From Candidatus Peribacteria bacterium (GTDB lineage Bacteria > Patescibacteriota > Gracilibacteria > Peribacterales > Peribacteraceae), in contig JAHFJR010000002.1 in NCBI GenBank assembly GCA_023245775.1, positions 1,902-65,901 on the forward strand: a stretch of 64,000 bases of DNA. Reading direction: 5' to 3'. Positions 28,518 to 36,824 of the stretch are shown here, piece after piece; positions within the stretch are counted from its first letter, which is position 1, and every line of letters begins with the position of its first letter. The notes beneath the pieces are model-generated. The model saw nothing but the letters and a program-made list of their open reading frames with translations, ran no database searches and was not told the origin of the DNA. The translations under genes were made by a program, and so were the position numbers.

Positions 28518-30326
28518 TTGTGCTACAATAAGAGGATTTCCTCTCAACCAATACCTAGACACTCTCACCCTCGGCGACAGTTCGCGACTCTGAGCGGGGC
28601 GCTCGCCATCGCGATCGTTGTGCTCACCGTTCTCTTCGGTCGGTTGAGTCTTGCCGATGGCGTCTGTGGAGATGGCGCGATCGATAGTCCGGAACAGTGT
28701 GACGACGGCAATCTGAAGAATGGTGATGGATGCACGAGCATCTGTATGGTCGAGCAGTGCGGCAATGGTACGCTCGATACCAAAGAGCAGTGCGATGACG
28801 GAAGTACGACGGATGGCGACGGATGCAGTCACTCGTGCCTGATCGAATTCTGTGGAGATGGCGGGGTGGATGCTGGCCGTGGAGAGACGTGTGATGATGG
28901 CAACGGAGTCAGTGGTGACGGTTGCGATGCTTCGTGCAGAACAGAGGGATCTGATGTTCATGCGAAGCAGAAGGAACTCGACCTCGTCATCGAGGCGCCT
29001 CTCCCAGAGGTGCTCCACCAGAGTGCTGGTGAGCAGACGGTAGTGGTGACATCAGATGCATCGCAGACTGCGGTTGCGGCGGAGAGCATTGCCCCCACGC
29101 CGACGACTCCCCTGCAGGCCACTCAGGCCAAGAAATTTCTTGCGAGTCCGGAGAGTGACGAGCTCAGGTCGCACCTCACTGCGGAGCAAGATAGTCAGCT
29201 TGGGCAGATCCTCTCGGCTCTCAGTAGTGGCGAACCACTGACTCCCCAGGAGCGCGTGTGGGCGGGGGAGCTCCGTGATGCCATTGCAGAGGCGCAGGCA
29301 GCCGAACGTGAACGGTACACGAATCTCCTCCGAGCATTCATCACGCCCATCAGTGCGCAGGTGATGGATGAGAAACACCTCGATGCCTCTCGTCTCGTCG
29401 ACGTTGCTCTCCCTCTGGCGGTCACCGAACTCCAGCAGGCAGTCGAGGTCATTCAGCGCGGAGAGCTGAAACAGCAGGTGCTCTCCGACAGCGCAAAACT
29501 CAAGCGTCTCGGCATCGACATCGAGAGTGCAGTCCCCAGAGACACACTCGAAAAACTCGATAGCCATCACTCGATCGCTGTCTTCGAAGCCATCAAGGAT
29601 CTGAAGGAGGCGGCCGAAGAGCATGCGACCACCAACCTTCCTGCCTCCCTAGGCAGTATCCAGAGTGAAGCGGAGACACTCCGACAGGCACTGCCCATCC
29701 TCGAGCGTGAGTACGGACTCCGTCACGATGAAGCCGATAAACTCCTTGCGGATATTACGAGCATTGCAACGCAGACGAATGCGCAGAGTACGGATCGGCT
29801 CGTCAATAGCGTTCACCGTTTTCTTGGCTTCCTCGAACGCAAGAATGTGTTGACGAGCGCCGATCTCGCGTCGGGTGCAGAGACGCTCCATCCTGCGGCA
29901 GACGTCACGCGCATTGCGGCGGAAGCGGGTGATGATCCTCCGACGGTCGACATCCGCTCGTTCGTTGACGGCATGGCTGCCAAGGCACCCGATGCCTACA
30001 AGGCAGCCTTCGTCAGTGGCACGCTTGCGGAGCAACGGAGTGCTCTCCTCCAATTGCTTACGGAGAATGATCGCGTCTCTGCTCTTCTCGAAGAGCTGAA
30101 CAATGCCGGTCGCACGGAGATCGATGCGCGTTTTGCAGCCCTCAAGAAAGATATTGCGAATGCGGGAGAAGGAACAGACACAGACTCTCTGTGCGATGAC
30201 TCCATCCAACGTGCCCTCGAGTGCACAACTCAGTTCCTGAAGGATCTCGAGGAGGCTGGACGTTCGAAGAATGCACTCTCCCAGATCATCGGTTCTCTCC
30301 AAGATTATTTCGGCATCGGCCAATGA
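28518..30326 (+). CDS. Membrane-anchored/secreted protein with three Myxococcus-type Cys-rich repeats (DUF4215-like)
   Basis: CG[DN]GxxDxxE[QT]CDDGxxxxGDGCxxxC three times after a TM segment; start codon uncertain. Confidence 0.8.
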   Translation: MCYNKRISSQPIPRHSHPRRQFATLSGALAIAIVVLTVLFGRLSLADGVCGDGAIDSPEQCDDGNLKNGDGCTSICMVEQCGNGTLDTKEQCDDGSTTDGDGCSHSCLIEFCGDGGVDAGRGETCDDGNGVSGDGCDASCRTEGSDVHAKQKELDLVIEAPLPEVLHQSAGEQTVVVTSDASQTAVAAESIAPTPTTPLQATQAKKFLASPESDELRSHLTAEQDSQLGQILSALSSGEPLTPQERVWAGELRDAIAEAQAAERERYTNLLRAFITPISAQVMDEKHLDASRLVDVALPLAVTELQQAVEVIQRGELKQQVLSDSAKLKRLGIDIESAVPRDTLEKLDSHHSIAVFEAIKDLKEAAEEHATTNLPASLGSIQSEAETLRQALPILEREYGLRHDEADKLLADITSIATQTNAQSTDRLVNSVHRFLGFLERKNVLTSADLASGAETLHPAADVTRIAAEAGDDPPTVDIRSFVDGMAAKAPDAYKAAFVSGTLAEQRSALLQLLTENDRVSALLEELNNAGRTEIDARFAALKKDIANAGEGTDTDSLCDDSIQRALECTTQFLKDLEEAGRSKNALSQIIGSLQDYFGIGQ

Positions 30327-31429
30327 GCGATTTCCTCCCGCCAACCACCGGCGTCGAAACGAGTATGGCTCCCGCCTTGCCCGCGGTCATGCCTGCACTC
30401 GCGCCGGAGCGCAAAGGGATCGATCTCGCGGTCATCAAGAAGGGCGCGAAGGACTTCCTCGACTTCATGGACAGTTCGAAAGAGGTCTTCTACGGCTACC
30501 TCTACCATCGTACGGGGTCTGAGGCATTGGCTCGCACTCTCATGACCGAGATCTACATGGTGCTCCTCAGTCGCGCACTGTCCTTCTGGTGGTTTGGGAC
30601 ACTCAGCCTTTCGCTCCTTCTGGAGCATGCCGATAAGGCTCTCTCGCAGCAGTCGCTCGGAGAGGCGGATCTCGATCGTGTGTATCTTCCCACACTTGTG
30701 TGGCTCTCGGAGGCGGAACGCGCATCAGTCGGGACGCTCCATGATGCACTCTGGACACTTCCAGCTCCGGCACAACACCTGCTCATCCTCTCCCTCTTCG
30801 TTGGTCTCTCGGACGCGCGAATCGCAGAGCTTCTGACACTGAAACCTGAGGACGTGACGGCTCAATTGCTGACAGCCAGAGAACTCCTCATGGCGCGTTG
30901 GCAACCGATCCCCGAGATGGCTGGAAAGTTGCAGTCACTCGTCTTCGTTCCCTCGCTCGATCTCGCGAGTGAGTCGACGTTGCGTTTTGCCATCGTCGAG
31001 AAGTACAACGCGCTCCGCTTCCGCAGGTATCAGTGGGTGATCATCGGTGGGCTCTTTGCGGTCATGAGCAATGTGATCGTCGCGGGGGTCCTTGCCTTCG
31101 CGGTCATCACGCAGCCGCCGACGTCACTGCGTGGTGCGAGTGCGCAGGTGGCATCGCTCGATGCGGTGCTCCTCAAGCGTCAGATGGAACTCGCAGATGC
31201 CAAGAAGGCGATGGGCGCCGTGTTCCAAGAGACTCAGCGTGTCGCTGCGTACGGTGCCGCGCGCGATCTGACGGCGCTCGGTCTTGGCTCTGCTCTGGAG
31301 TCCCTGCAACAGCAGCAGCATCACGACGTGGATGCCAATCGTCTGATGAAGTTGATGGAGAGGGCGAGGACAGCGATGGTACGAGAGATTGCCTTCTTGG
31401 TGCGGGAGTACATTCTGCATCTGCTCTGA
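30323..31429 (+). CDS. Degenerate ECF sigma factor-like domains fused to a TM segment and coiled coil
   Basis: Sigma2-like [24 protein letters not shown] and sigma4-like LHDALWTLP...[11 protein letters not shown]...[16 protein letters not shown] overlap with the upstream gene. Confidence 0.6.
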   Translation: MSDFLPPTTGVETSMAPALPAVMPALAPERKGIDLAVIKKGAKDFLDFMDSSKEVFYGYLYHRTGSEALARTLMTEIYMVLLSRALSFWWFGTLSLSLLLEHADKALSQQSLGEADLDRVYLPTLVWLSEAERASVGTLHDALWTLPAPAQHLLILSLFVGLSDARIAELLTLKPEDVTAQLLTARELLMARWQPIPEMAGKLQSLVFVPSLDLASESTLRFAIVEKYNALRFRRYQWVIIGGLFAVMSNVIVAGVLAFAVITQPPTSLRGASAQVASLDAVLLKRQMELADAKKAMGAVFQETQRVAAYGAARDLTALGLGSALESLQQQQHHDVDANRLMKLMERARTAMVREIAFLVREYILHLL

Positions 31430-31430
31430 T

Positions 31431-32129
31431 CTAGCGCTCGATCACGAGTGCTGTCTTCGCGCCCTGTTCGATGTTCTCCTTCACACCTGTCCAATCGTGC
31501 ATGGCTCGCATCAGAACATCTGTCGCATAGAAATATTTTTCTCCCCTCTTGGTGCCTGTGTCATTCGTGATGAATCCGTCCTGTGTGTATCCCGTGACGA
31601 CGAGCATGTGGTACCAGGGACCTGCTCCACTGTAGTAGGGATTGTGGAGGAGCCGACCTGCTGCCGGAACGATCACCGGAGTACCTTTTGAGAGTTCGTC
31701 TTGCAGGAGTGGAGCAGTGGGGTCACTCAAGAGTCGCCAGTGATAGCCGTAGAACTTCGATGCGATCTCCCCGAGTTGCAGTGCCGTCACATCATCACCG
31801 TATCCGTGCTCGTGCTCCCAAGCGATCATCTCCTGCACTTCCTGCTCCGCCTGCTCGGGACTCAGAGGCGTCTGCTCAAGGTAGTGATGTACCAGAATGA
31901 GTGACATCTCTTCGCAGGCTTCCTCGTGGAGCGAATCCCAGTTGGCGAAGGGTGCCTGTGGGGAGAAAGGCACCGTGATCAGAACGCTTGGAGCCCTGAT
32001 ACTTGAGGAAAACGCATGCATCGGCGGATGCTCGATGACGACAGATGGGGGATCGAATACGGGTTTCTGCGTGCAGCCGACAAGGAGCAAGAAAGTGACG
32101 ACAGAGGAGGGAAGGTGGAGACGTACCAT
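31431..32129 (-). CDS. C39-like peptidase family lipoprotein
   Basis: Lipobox LVGC, VPFSPQAP...EACEE, HMLVVTGY, ITND. Confidence 0.8.
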   Translation of the reverse strand: MVRLHLPSSVVTFLLLVGCTQKPVFDPPSVVIEHPPMHAFSSSIRAPSVLITVPFSPQAPFANWDSLHEEACEEMSLILVHHYLEQTPLSPEQAEQEVQEMIAWEHEHGYGDDVTALQLGEIASKFYGYHWRLLSDPTAPLLQDELSKGTPVIVPAAGRLLHNPYYSGAGPWYHMLVVTGYTQDGFITNDTGTKRGEKYFYATDVLMRAMHDWTGVKENIEQGAKTALVIER

Positions 32130-32186
32130 GGGCGGCGAGTCTATCAGAGACATGGAGAATGGATGGAGATGACCTACACTTCCACC

Positions 32187-33068
32187 ATGGGCTCTCCTTC
32201 CTCTTTTTCCTACGAATCCATGGGGACATCGTGGAAGATCACGATCTGGGATGTCTTGGAAGACGGAGAGTTGGCAGAGCTGCAAGGAGAGATCACGTTC
32301 CAGAGCGCAGCATTCTCTTCGCTCTACTCGCGGTTCGATTCCTCCTCTCTCGTCTGGTCGCTTTCGAGGAAGCGCGGAGTGGTTGATGTTCCAGAAGATC
32401 TCATCACAATGCTTCGGATCTATGAGCGTCTCGAGCCCTTCTCTCAGGGAAAATTCACGCCATGCATCGGCTTCACGCTCTCGGATCTCGGGTACGACAG
32501 CGAGTACTCACTCAAGGAGAAAGAGCACATTCGCCCTGTTCCGAAATTTTCAGAAACACTCAACATCATCGATGACACACATCTCGAACTCTGTGATGCC
32601 GTCCTCCTCGATCTCGGTGCGGTCGGCAAAGGATTCTTCGTCGATAAGATTGCGGCATTCCTCAGGAGTCGCGGATACAAACGTTTCCTCGTCGATGGAA
32701 GCGGAGATACCCTCTATGAGGGCGATGGTCAGCCGATCCGTTGCGGTCTCGAAGATCCTTCGGATGCCGCGAAAGCGATCGGCGTCCTCACGATGACAGG
32801 AGGCGCGTTCTGCTCATCGGGAAACAATCGTCGTCGGTGGAGTGGCCACCATCACATTCTCGATCCGCACTCGCTTCGTTCACCTGAGCACATCGTTGCG
32901 ACCTGGGTGCAGGCTCCGACGGCGGCGATGGCCGATGCACTCGCGACGTGTATTTTCCTTGCAGAGCCTGAGAATTTTTCATCGACTCCATTCGAGTACT
33001 GCATCCTGAACCAGGAGTACAAGGTCAAGAAGTCGGCGGGGTTTTCTGCAGAGCTGTTTCGTGGTTAG
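32187..33068 (+). CDS. apbE: FAD:protein FMN transferase
   Basis: SMGT, DLGAVGKG, VDGSGD, SSGNNRR, HHILDP, ADALAT. Confidence 0.9.
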   Translation: MGSPSSFSYESMGTSWKITIWDVLEDGELAELQGEITFQSAAFSSLYSRFDSSSLVWSLSRKRGVVDVPEDLITMLRIYERLEPFSQGKFTPCIGFTLSDLGYDSEYSLKEKEHIRPVPKFSETLNIIDDTHLELCDAVLLDLGAVGKGFFVDKIAAFLRSRGYKRFLVDGSGDTLYEGDGQPIRCGLEDPSDAAKAIGVLTMTGGAFCSSGNNRRRWSGHHHILDPHSLRSPEHIVATWVQAPTAAMADALATCIFLAEPENFSSTPFEYCILNQEYKVKKSAGFSAELFRG

Positions 33069-33131
33069 TGATTAGGGAACCTCTGAACAATGCCTTCTGC
33101 TTCGTCATCTGCGCCACTCTTTCCTTGTTCG

Positions 33132-33187
33132 GGAGCGCCATACCTGCCTGCCTTCCGACAGGCTTGGCGCGGGAAGCATCCCGCTCC
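33132..33187. repeat. Two abutting GGAG-tagged hairpins, one with a CCTGCC-family insert in its loop
   Basis: GGAGCGCCATA[CCTGCCTGCCTTCCGACAGGC]TTGGCGC on plus and GGAGCGGGATGCTTCCCGCGC on minus. Confidence 0.65.
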
Positions 33188-33257
33188 CAATCAAATTTTG
33201 GCTTGCTTCCTCGCATAAGAAAATATTGTACATTCTATTGTAAGAATAATTTCATAA

Positions 33258-33282
33258 CAGCAGCGCCCCTCCGCGGGCGCGG
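33258..33282 (+). repeat. 25-nt hairpin repeat
   Basis: CAGCAGCGCCCCTCCGCGGGCGCGG; 24 of 25 nt identical to 43923-43947. Confidence 0.75.
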
Positions 33283-33302
33283 CGAACGTTGGACCGTCGC
33301 AG

Positions 33303-33977
33303 TTACGACGCGCTTGCCTCCGCCTGAATCTTCTTCACTGCGTCCATGAACCCCATCGGTGTGAGCGAGCTGCCATTCACGACATCGAGTGACAGTGCAT
33401 CGATCGATTTCCCGATGACGAGTTGCTTGTAGCCCTCACCGAAGGCCTCTTGCATGCTCTTACTCTTCGGTTGGGTTGCTGTGCCTTCGTATGTTGCAGT
33501 AGCAATGATGCCGCTTTTCAGCGTCAGAGAGACATGGATCTCTTCGCCTCCTGCGGGAGAACGATAGATGCCTGCAGCCGAGAAGGTTCCGTCGGCGTAC
33601 TTCTGTTGTTGGAGAGGAGCTAGGTCCGCCTCGGGCCTCATCGCAGCCGCGCTGCTCGGTTGCATCATCGCCGCTGCACTCGATCGTGTTCTCGCGGCCT
33701 TGCTTGTTTGCATCATGGCTGCACTCGATGCCGGTGGCAGAACCGCAGCCTCACTGCTCTCCATCGCTTCGCTTGTCGGCACATCACTCAGTGTTGTATC
33801 GATGCTGGTCGTCTGGTCAACCGTTGTCGGAGGAGGACTGTCCGTGCTGTCTCCTGCGCAACCTGCAAGGAGTGTCGAGAGAATGACAGCACCTGTGAGA
33901 GACTCTTTCATCTTCAGATTGATCTCCCGATTGGCCTTGTACGAGAGCGGAGCGAAGAACGGCTGCGGTTGCGTCAT
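33303..33977 (-). CDS. FMN-binding domain lipoprotein (putative ApbE substrate)
   Basis: Lipobox LAGC, Ser/Ala/Thr linker, YADGTF...DVVNGSSLT. Alternative start at 33911. Confidence 0.8.
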   Translation of the reverse strand: MTQPQPFFAPLSYKANREINLKMKESLTGAVILSTLLAGCAGDSTDSPPPTTVDQTTSIDTTLSDVPTSEAMESSEAAVLPPASSAAMMQTSKAARTRSSAAAMMQPSSAAAMRPEADLAPLQQQKYADGTFSAAGIYRSPAGGEEIHVSLTLKSGIIATATYEGTATQPKSKSMQEAFGEGYKQLVIGKSIDALSLDVVNGSSLTPMGFMDAVKKIQAEASAS

Positions 33978-34224
33978 GAGACAGGGGGAAAATCGGAGGG
34001 ATGGTACGTGAAAATATACTTCAGCGTATAGTGTGGTTCGTACACCAAACAATCATTCTGCGGTTTCTGGCTGCGATTGACAATACAGAATGATAAAAGG
34101 ACAATGAAGATGTTGCAGATTGCTGCAGCTCGTACAGGTTGTTTGTGACATCGTTTTTGATTTGGAGCCTATCAGCCTAGGCTGATGGTTAGATCCCTCA
34201 CATCATCGTCAAAACTATAATCGT

Positions 34225-34301
34225 GGAGCCATAGCTCAGCTGGTTAGAGCGCTTCCCTGTCACGGAAGAGGTCGCGGGTTCGAATCCCGTTGGCTCCGCC
34301 A
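34225..34301 (+). tRNA. tRNA-Asp (anticodon GUC)
   Basis: Acceptor stem GGAGCCA/TGGCTCC, AGCTCAGCTGGTTAGAGC, CTTCC-CTGTCAC-GGAAG, GGTTCGAATCCC, CCA. Confidence 0.97.
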
Positions 34302-34388
34302 CGTCGTTCGCGAACGACGTGGCTCCGCCACCAACTACTCGAACGACGTGGCTCCGCCACCAACTACTCGAACGACGTGGCTCCGCCA
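34291..34388 (+). repeat. 29-nt-period array of tRNA-Asp 3' ends
   Basis: TGGCTCCGCCA at 34291, 34320, 34349 and 34378. The first spacer is part of the perfect palindrome ACGTCGTTCGCGAACGACGT (34301-34320). Confidence 0.92.
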
Positions 34389-34410
34389 CCAACCACGCTA
34401 CAATGATTCC

Positions 34411-34668
34411 ATGTGGTACTTTTATGTGCTTCAAAGCATTAAACAGTCGGATTATTTTTACAAAGGATCAACCAATGATCTTCGAAGAAGATTCAGCCAA
34501 CACAACACTGGCGCAGTGACTTCGACCAAGCCATATCACCCTATGCGATTGGTGTATTACGAGGCATATGTCTCCGAGCATGGTGCGAGAATAAGAGAAG
34601 CTTCAGTGAAGAAAAGTGGCAGTGTGCTTGTATCATTGCTCAAGCGTATTCGAGAAAGTCTTGAGTAG
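34411..34668 (+). CDS. Short stand-alone GIY-YIG nuclease
   Basis: FYVL...YKGSTNDLRRRFSQHN...TKPYHPMRLVYYE...ARIRE. TACAAT lies 6 nt before the ATG. Confidence 0.9.
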   Translation: MWYFYVLQSIKQSDYFYKGSTNDLRRRFSQHNTGAVTSTKPYHPMRLVYYEAYVSEHGARIREASVKKSGSVLVSLLKRIRESLE

Positions 34669-34677
34669 CTCGCGGGG

Positions 34678-34719
34678 GTTGGCTCCGCCACGTCGCTCGC
34701 GAGCGACGTTGCTCCGCCA
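34678..34719 (+). repeat. Distal copy of tRNA-Asp 3' end, palindrome, 3' end
   Basis: GTTGGCTCCGCCA-CGTCGCTCGCGAGCGACG-TTGCTCCGCCA. Confidence 0.9.
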
Positions 34720-34748
34720 CATCAAAAAATATTTCCTTTCTACGATTC

Positions 34749-35903
34749 TTATCGAAAGAATCTTTTAAAAGCAGCCACCATTGGAGCGAAGAGTGATACG
34801 GCACTTTTTGCCGTCAGCTCTTGTTCCGATATTACAAATTGGGCATCGATGTCTGCTAAAAGTTGGGTGAGAGTTGTTTCAAATACTTCATAACTAATCT
34901 CTCCATTTCTCAAGCGCTGAGAAACTTCGAGAGCTTCTTTTTGTTTCTGTGCCATTCCTTGCACTAGTTTCCGTCTCTCTTGATCTGGAAGAGGATTGCC
35001 ATCGAGCTGCTCAATCCGATACATGTTCATAACGAATGCATCGAAAGGACCATCGAGGCGTTCGTAAGCACCCGATAAGGATTTACTCGGCTGATGCTTA
35101 AAGGGTGAAAGTGCGACCTTCATATGAATTCTCATCCCTGCATCCGCATCAAGCACGCGCAAAATCTCACTATAGAAATTCGTCACCAGACAGGTCACCG
35201 GAGAAAAGCGTGGATGCGGACGGTTCTCTACTGCATAGAATGCACGTGCTACAGCTCGCAACGCCTCCTTACTTTCCTGATCAGAAAAAACTGGACTCAG
35301 TGCTATGGTGAAGAGTCCGCCTCCCCGAGAAGACATAGGAACTGTCTCTGGATCAAGATCTAGGCGTTGCAGTACAGCTTCGCGTATGTGCTGAGGAGTT
35401 TCAGGATGGCTCGATCCTTTCCATTGATCTTTGCCCAGCAGATAAGCAACAACCTGTTCGGCAGCGAGTCCTTGGAGGCCAGCACTCTCGTCGGTATCGT
35501 ACTGTTCGCTTTCGAAAATATGAATCACCGCATTACGATTTGTGGCGAGGAGTTCACTGGCAGCTTGTTCAACTGCATCTCCCCGCAACTCCAATTCTTC
35601 AAGAAATGTAGCCGTCATGAGATCTGTCGTAATATCGGCATGTTGCTCGGCAAGCTCTTCGTACTCTCTTGGCTCATTGGAAGGAACGATGACAAGACCT
35701 CCGGTTTGTTTTTCAAGAAAAGTTCTTAGTCCTCTCCGGATCTTCTCAAATCGATCCTCATTGGAGGAATCCGTGCCAAGTTCCACAACAGTAAGTTGCT
35801 GTTCACGAGCTTGCTGAGATCCGATGTCACAAACATAACCTTTATCACCAATGAATTGTAAAAGTTGCTGCGAGCGTTCCGAAGATTGTTGAGCACTATT
35901 CAT
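34749..35903 (-). CDS. Hypothetical protein, lower GC than flanking genes
   Basis: Long ORF; TTGACA and TATTAT boxes lie just upstream of ATG 35903. Confidence 0.7.
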   Translation of the reverse strand: MNSAQQSSERSQQLLQFIGDKGYVCDIGSQQAREQQLTVVELGTDSSNEDRFEKIRRGLRTFLEKQTGGLVIVPSNEPREYEELAEQHADITTDLMTATFLEELELRGDAVEQAASELLATNRNAVIHIFESEQYDTDESAGLQGLAAEQVVAYLLGKDQWKGSSHPETPQHIREAVLQRLDLDPETVPMSSRGGGLFTIALSPVFSDQESKEALRAVARAFYAVENRPHPRFSPVTCLVTNFYSEILRVLDADAGMRIHMKVALSPFKHQPSKSLSGAYERLDGPFDAFVMNMYRIEQLDGNPLPDQERRKLVQGMAQKQKEALEVSQRLRNGEISYEVFETTLTQLLADIDAQFVISEQELTAKSAVSLFAPMVAAFKRFFR

Positions 35904-36038
35904 TAGTAGTATAATACTAAATTTACTATTTATGTCAAATTTCTTTGACCACGAACTGAAGAGAAAAAACGAACCATATTCAGGATGTCCGGCCACTCTT
36001 CACGATCACCTAAAGCATTAGGTGTGTTCTTGATGAAC

Positions 36039-36719
36039 TCACGCCAATCTCTTTCCCTCGGCATATGGTGCGATCACAACTGCTGATACGCCCAAGCAGA
36101 AATACCAGACAATTTCTGTGACTGGAACGCCGCCAAGAACCGTATGCCCGAGGGGTGTACCCCACAAGAACCAGTAATGCTTGAGGTATTCGGTCGTGTC
36201 ACCAAGGAGCATCACGTAGATGACGATTGCGAACGCTGCGAGGAGGGCTCCGCTTCCAATGGAGAGCAAGAGCATCGTCGGACGACGAAGAAGAATACCG
36301 ATTGCCCACAGGACCATGACGAGTGATGCGGTGATGATCGAGTTGATACCGATCGCATCGGTGAGCAGAAGAAATGCGACAAAGAATGATGTGATGAAAA
36401 GCGGCAACATCATAGGACGCGGCTTTTCGGTTGCGATAAAACGAATCCCTCTGATGACTGGAAGTGCCGCAAAAGCAACGCCGAATATGGCAAATCCGAA
36501 GAGTACATCTTCCGGTGAGAGGACGCCTTGCCCGACGATGGTCGGTGGCGACCAGTAGTCACGAAAGTACCAAATTTCAGACAGTGGGCCTGAGATGGCT
36601 CCGGCTAGGGAAAACTTGAGCATCATCGATCTCAGATCAGCACGCAGTACAAAGCAGATGGTCCACAGTACGAAGAAAAAGAGTCCGAGACACAGGTAGG
36701 CGTACAGATCGAGGCTCAT
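36039..36719 (-). CDS. Membrane protein, lycopene cyclase domain-like
   Basis: Two repeated TM units with DYWSP...SPEDVLF and YW...GVPVTEIVWY motifs. Confidence 0.65.
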   Translation of the reverse strand: MSLDLYAYLCLGLFFFVLWTICFVLRADLRSMMLKFSLAGAISGPLSEIWYFRDYWSPPTIVGQGVLSPEDVLFGFAIFGVAFAALPVIRGIRFIATEKPRPMMLPLFITSFFVAFLLLTDAIGINSIITASLVMVLWAIGILLRRPTMLLLSIGSGALLAAFAIVIYVMLLGDTTEYLKHYWFLWGTPLGHTVLGGVPVTEIVWYFCLGVSAVVIAPYAEGKRLA

Positions 36720-36824
36720 AGGTGGAAGTGTACAAAAAAATCCTAGTGACGTCACATCAGCGTCCCGTAGGTGAAGACTCTAGCCACGCTGCAAATATAC
36801 TCTCTCCTCCCCTATACTCTCCCC

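Noticed and set aside
34291..34388. CRISPR-like array
   Set aside because: The constant part is the tRNA 3' end, the period is only 29 nt, two spacers are identical, and there are no cas genes in the window.
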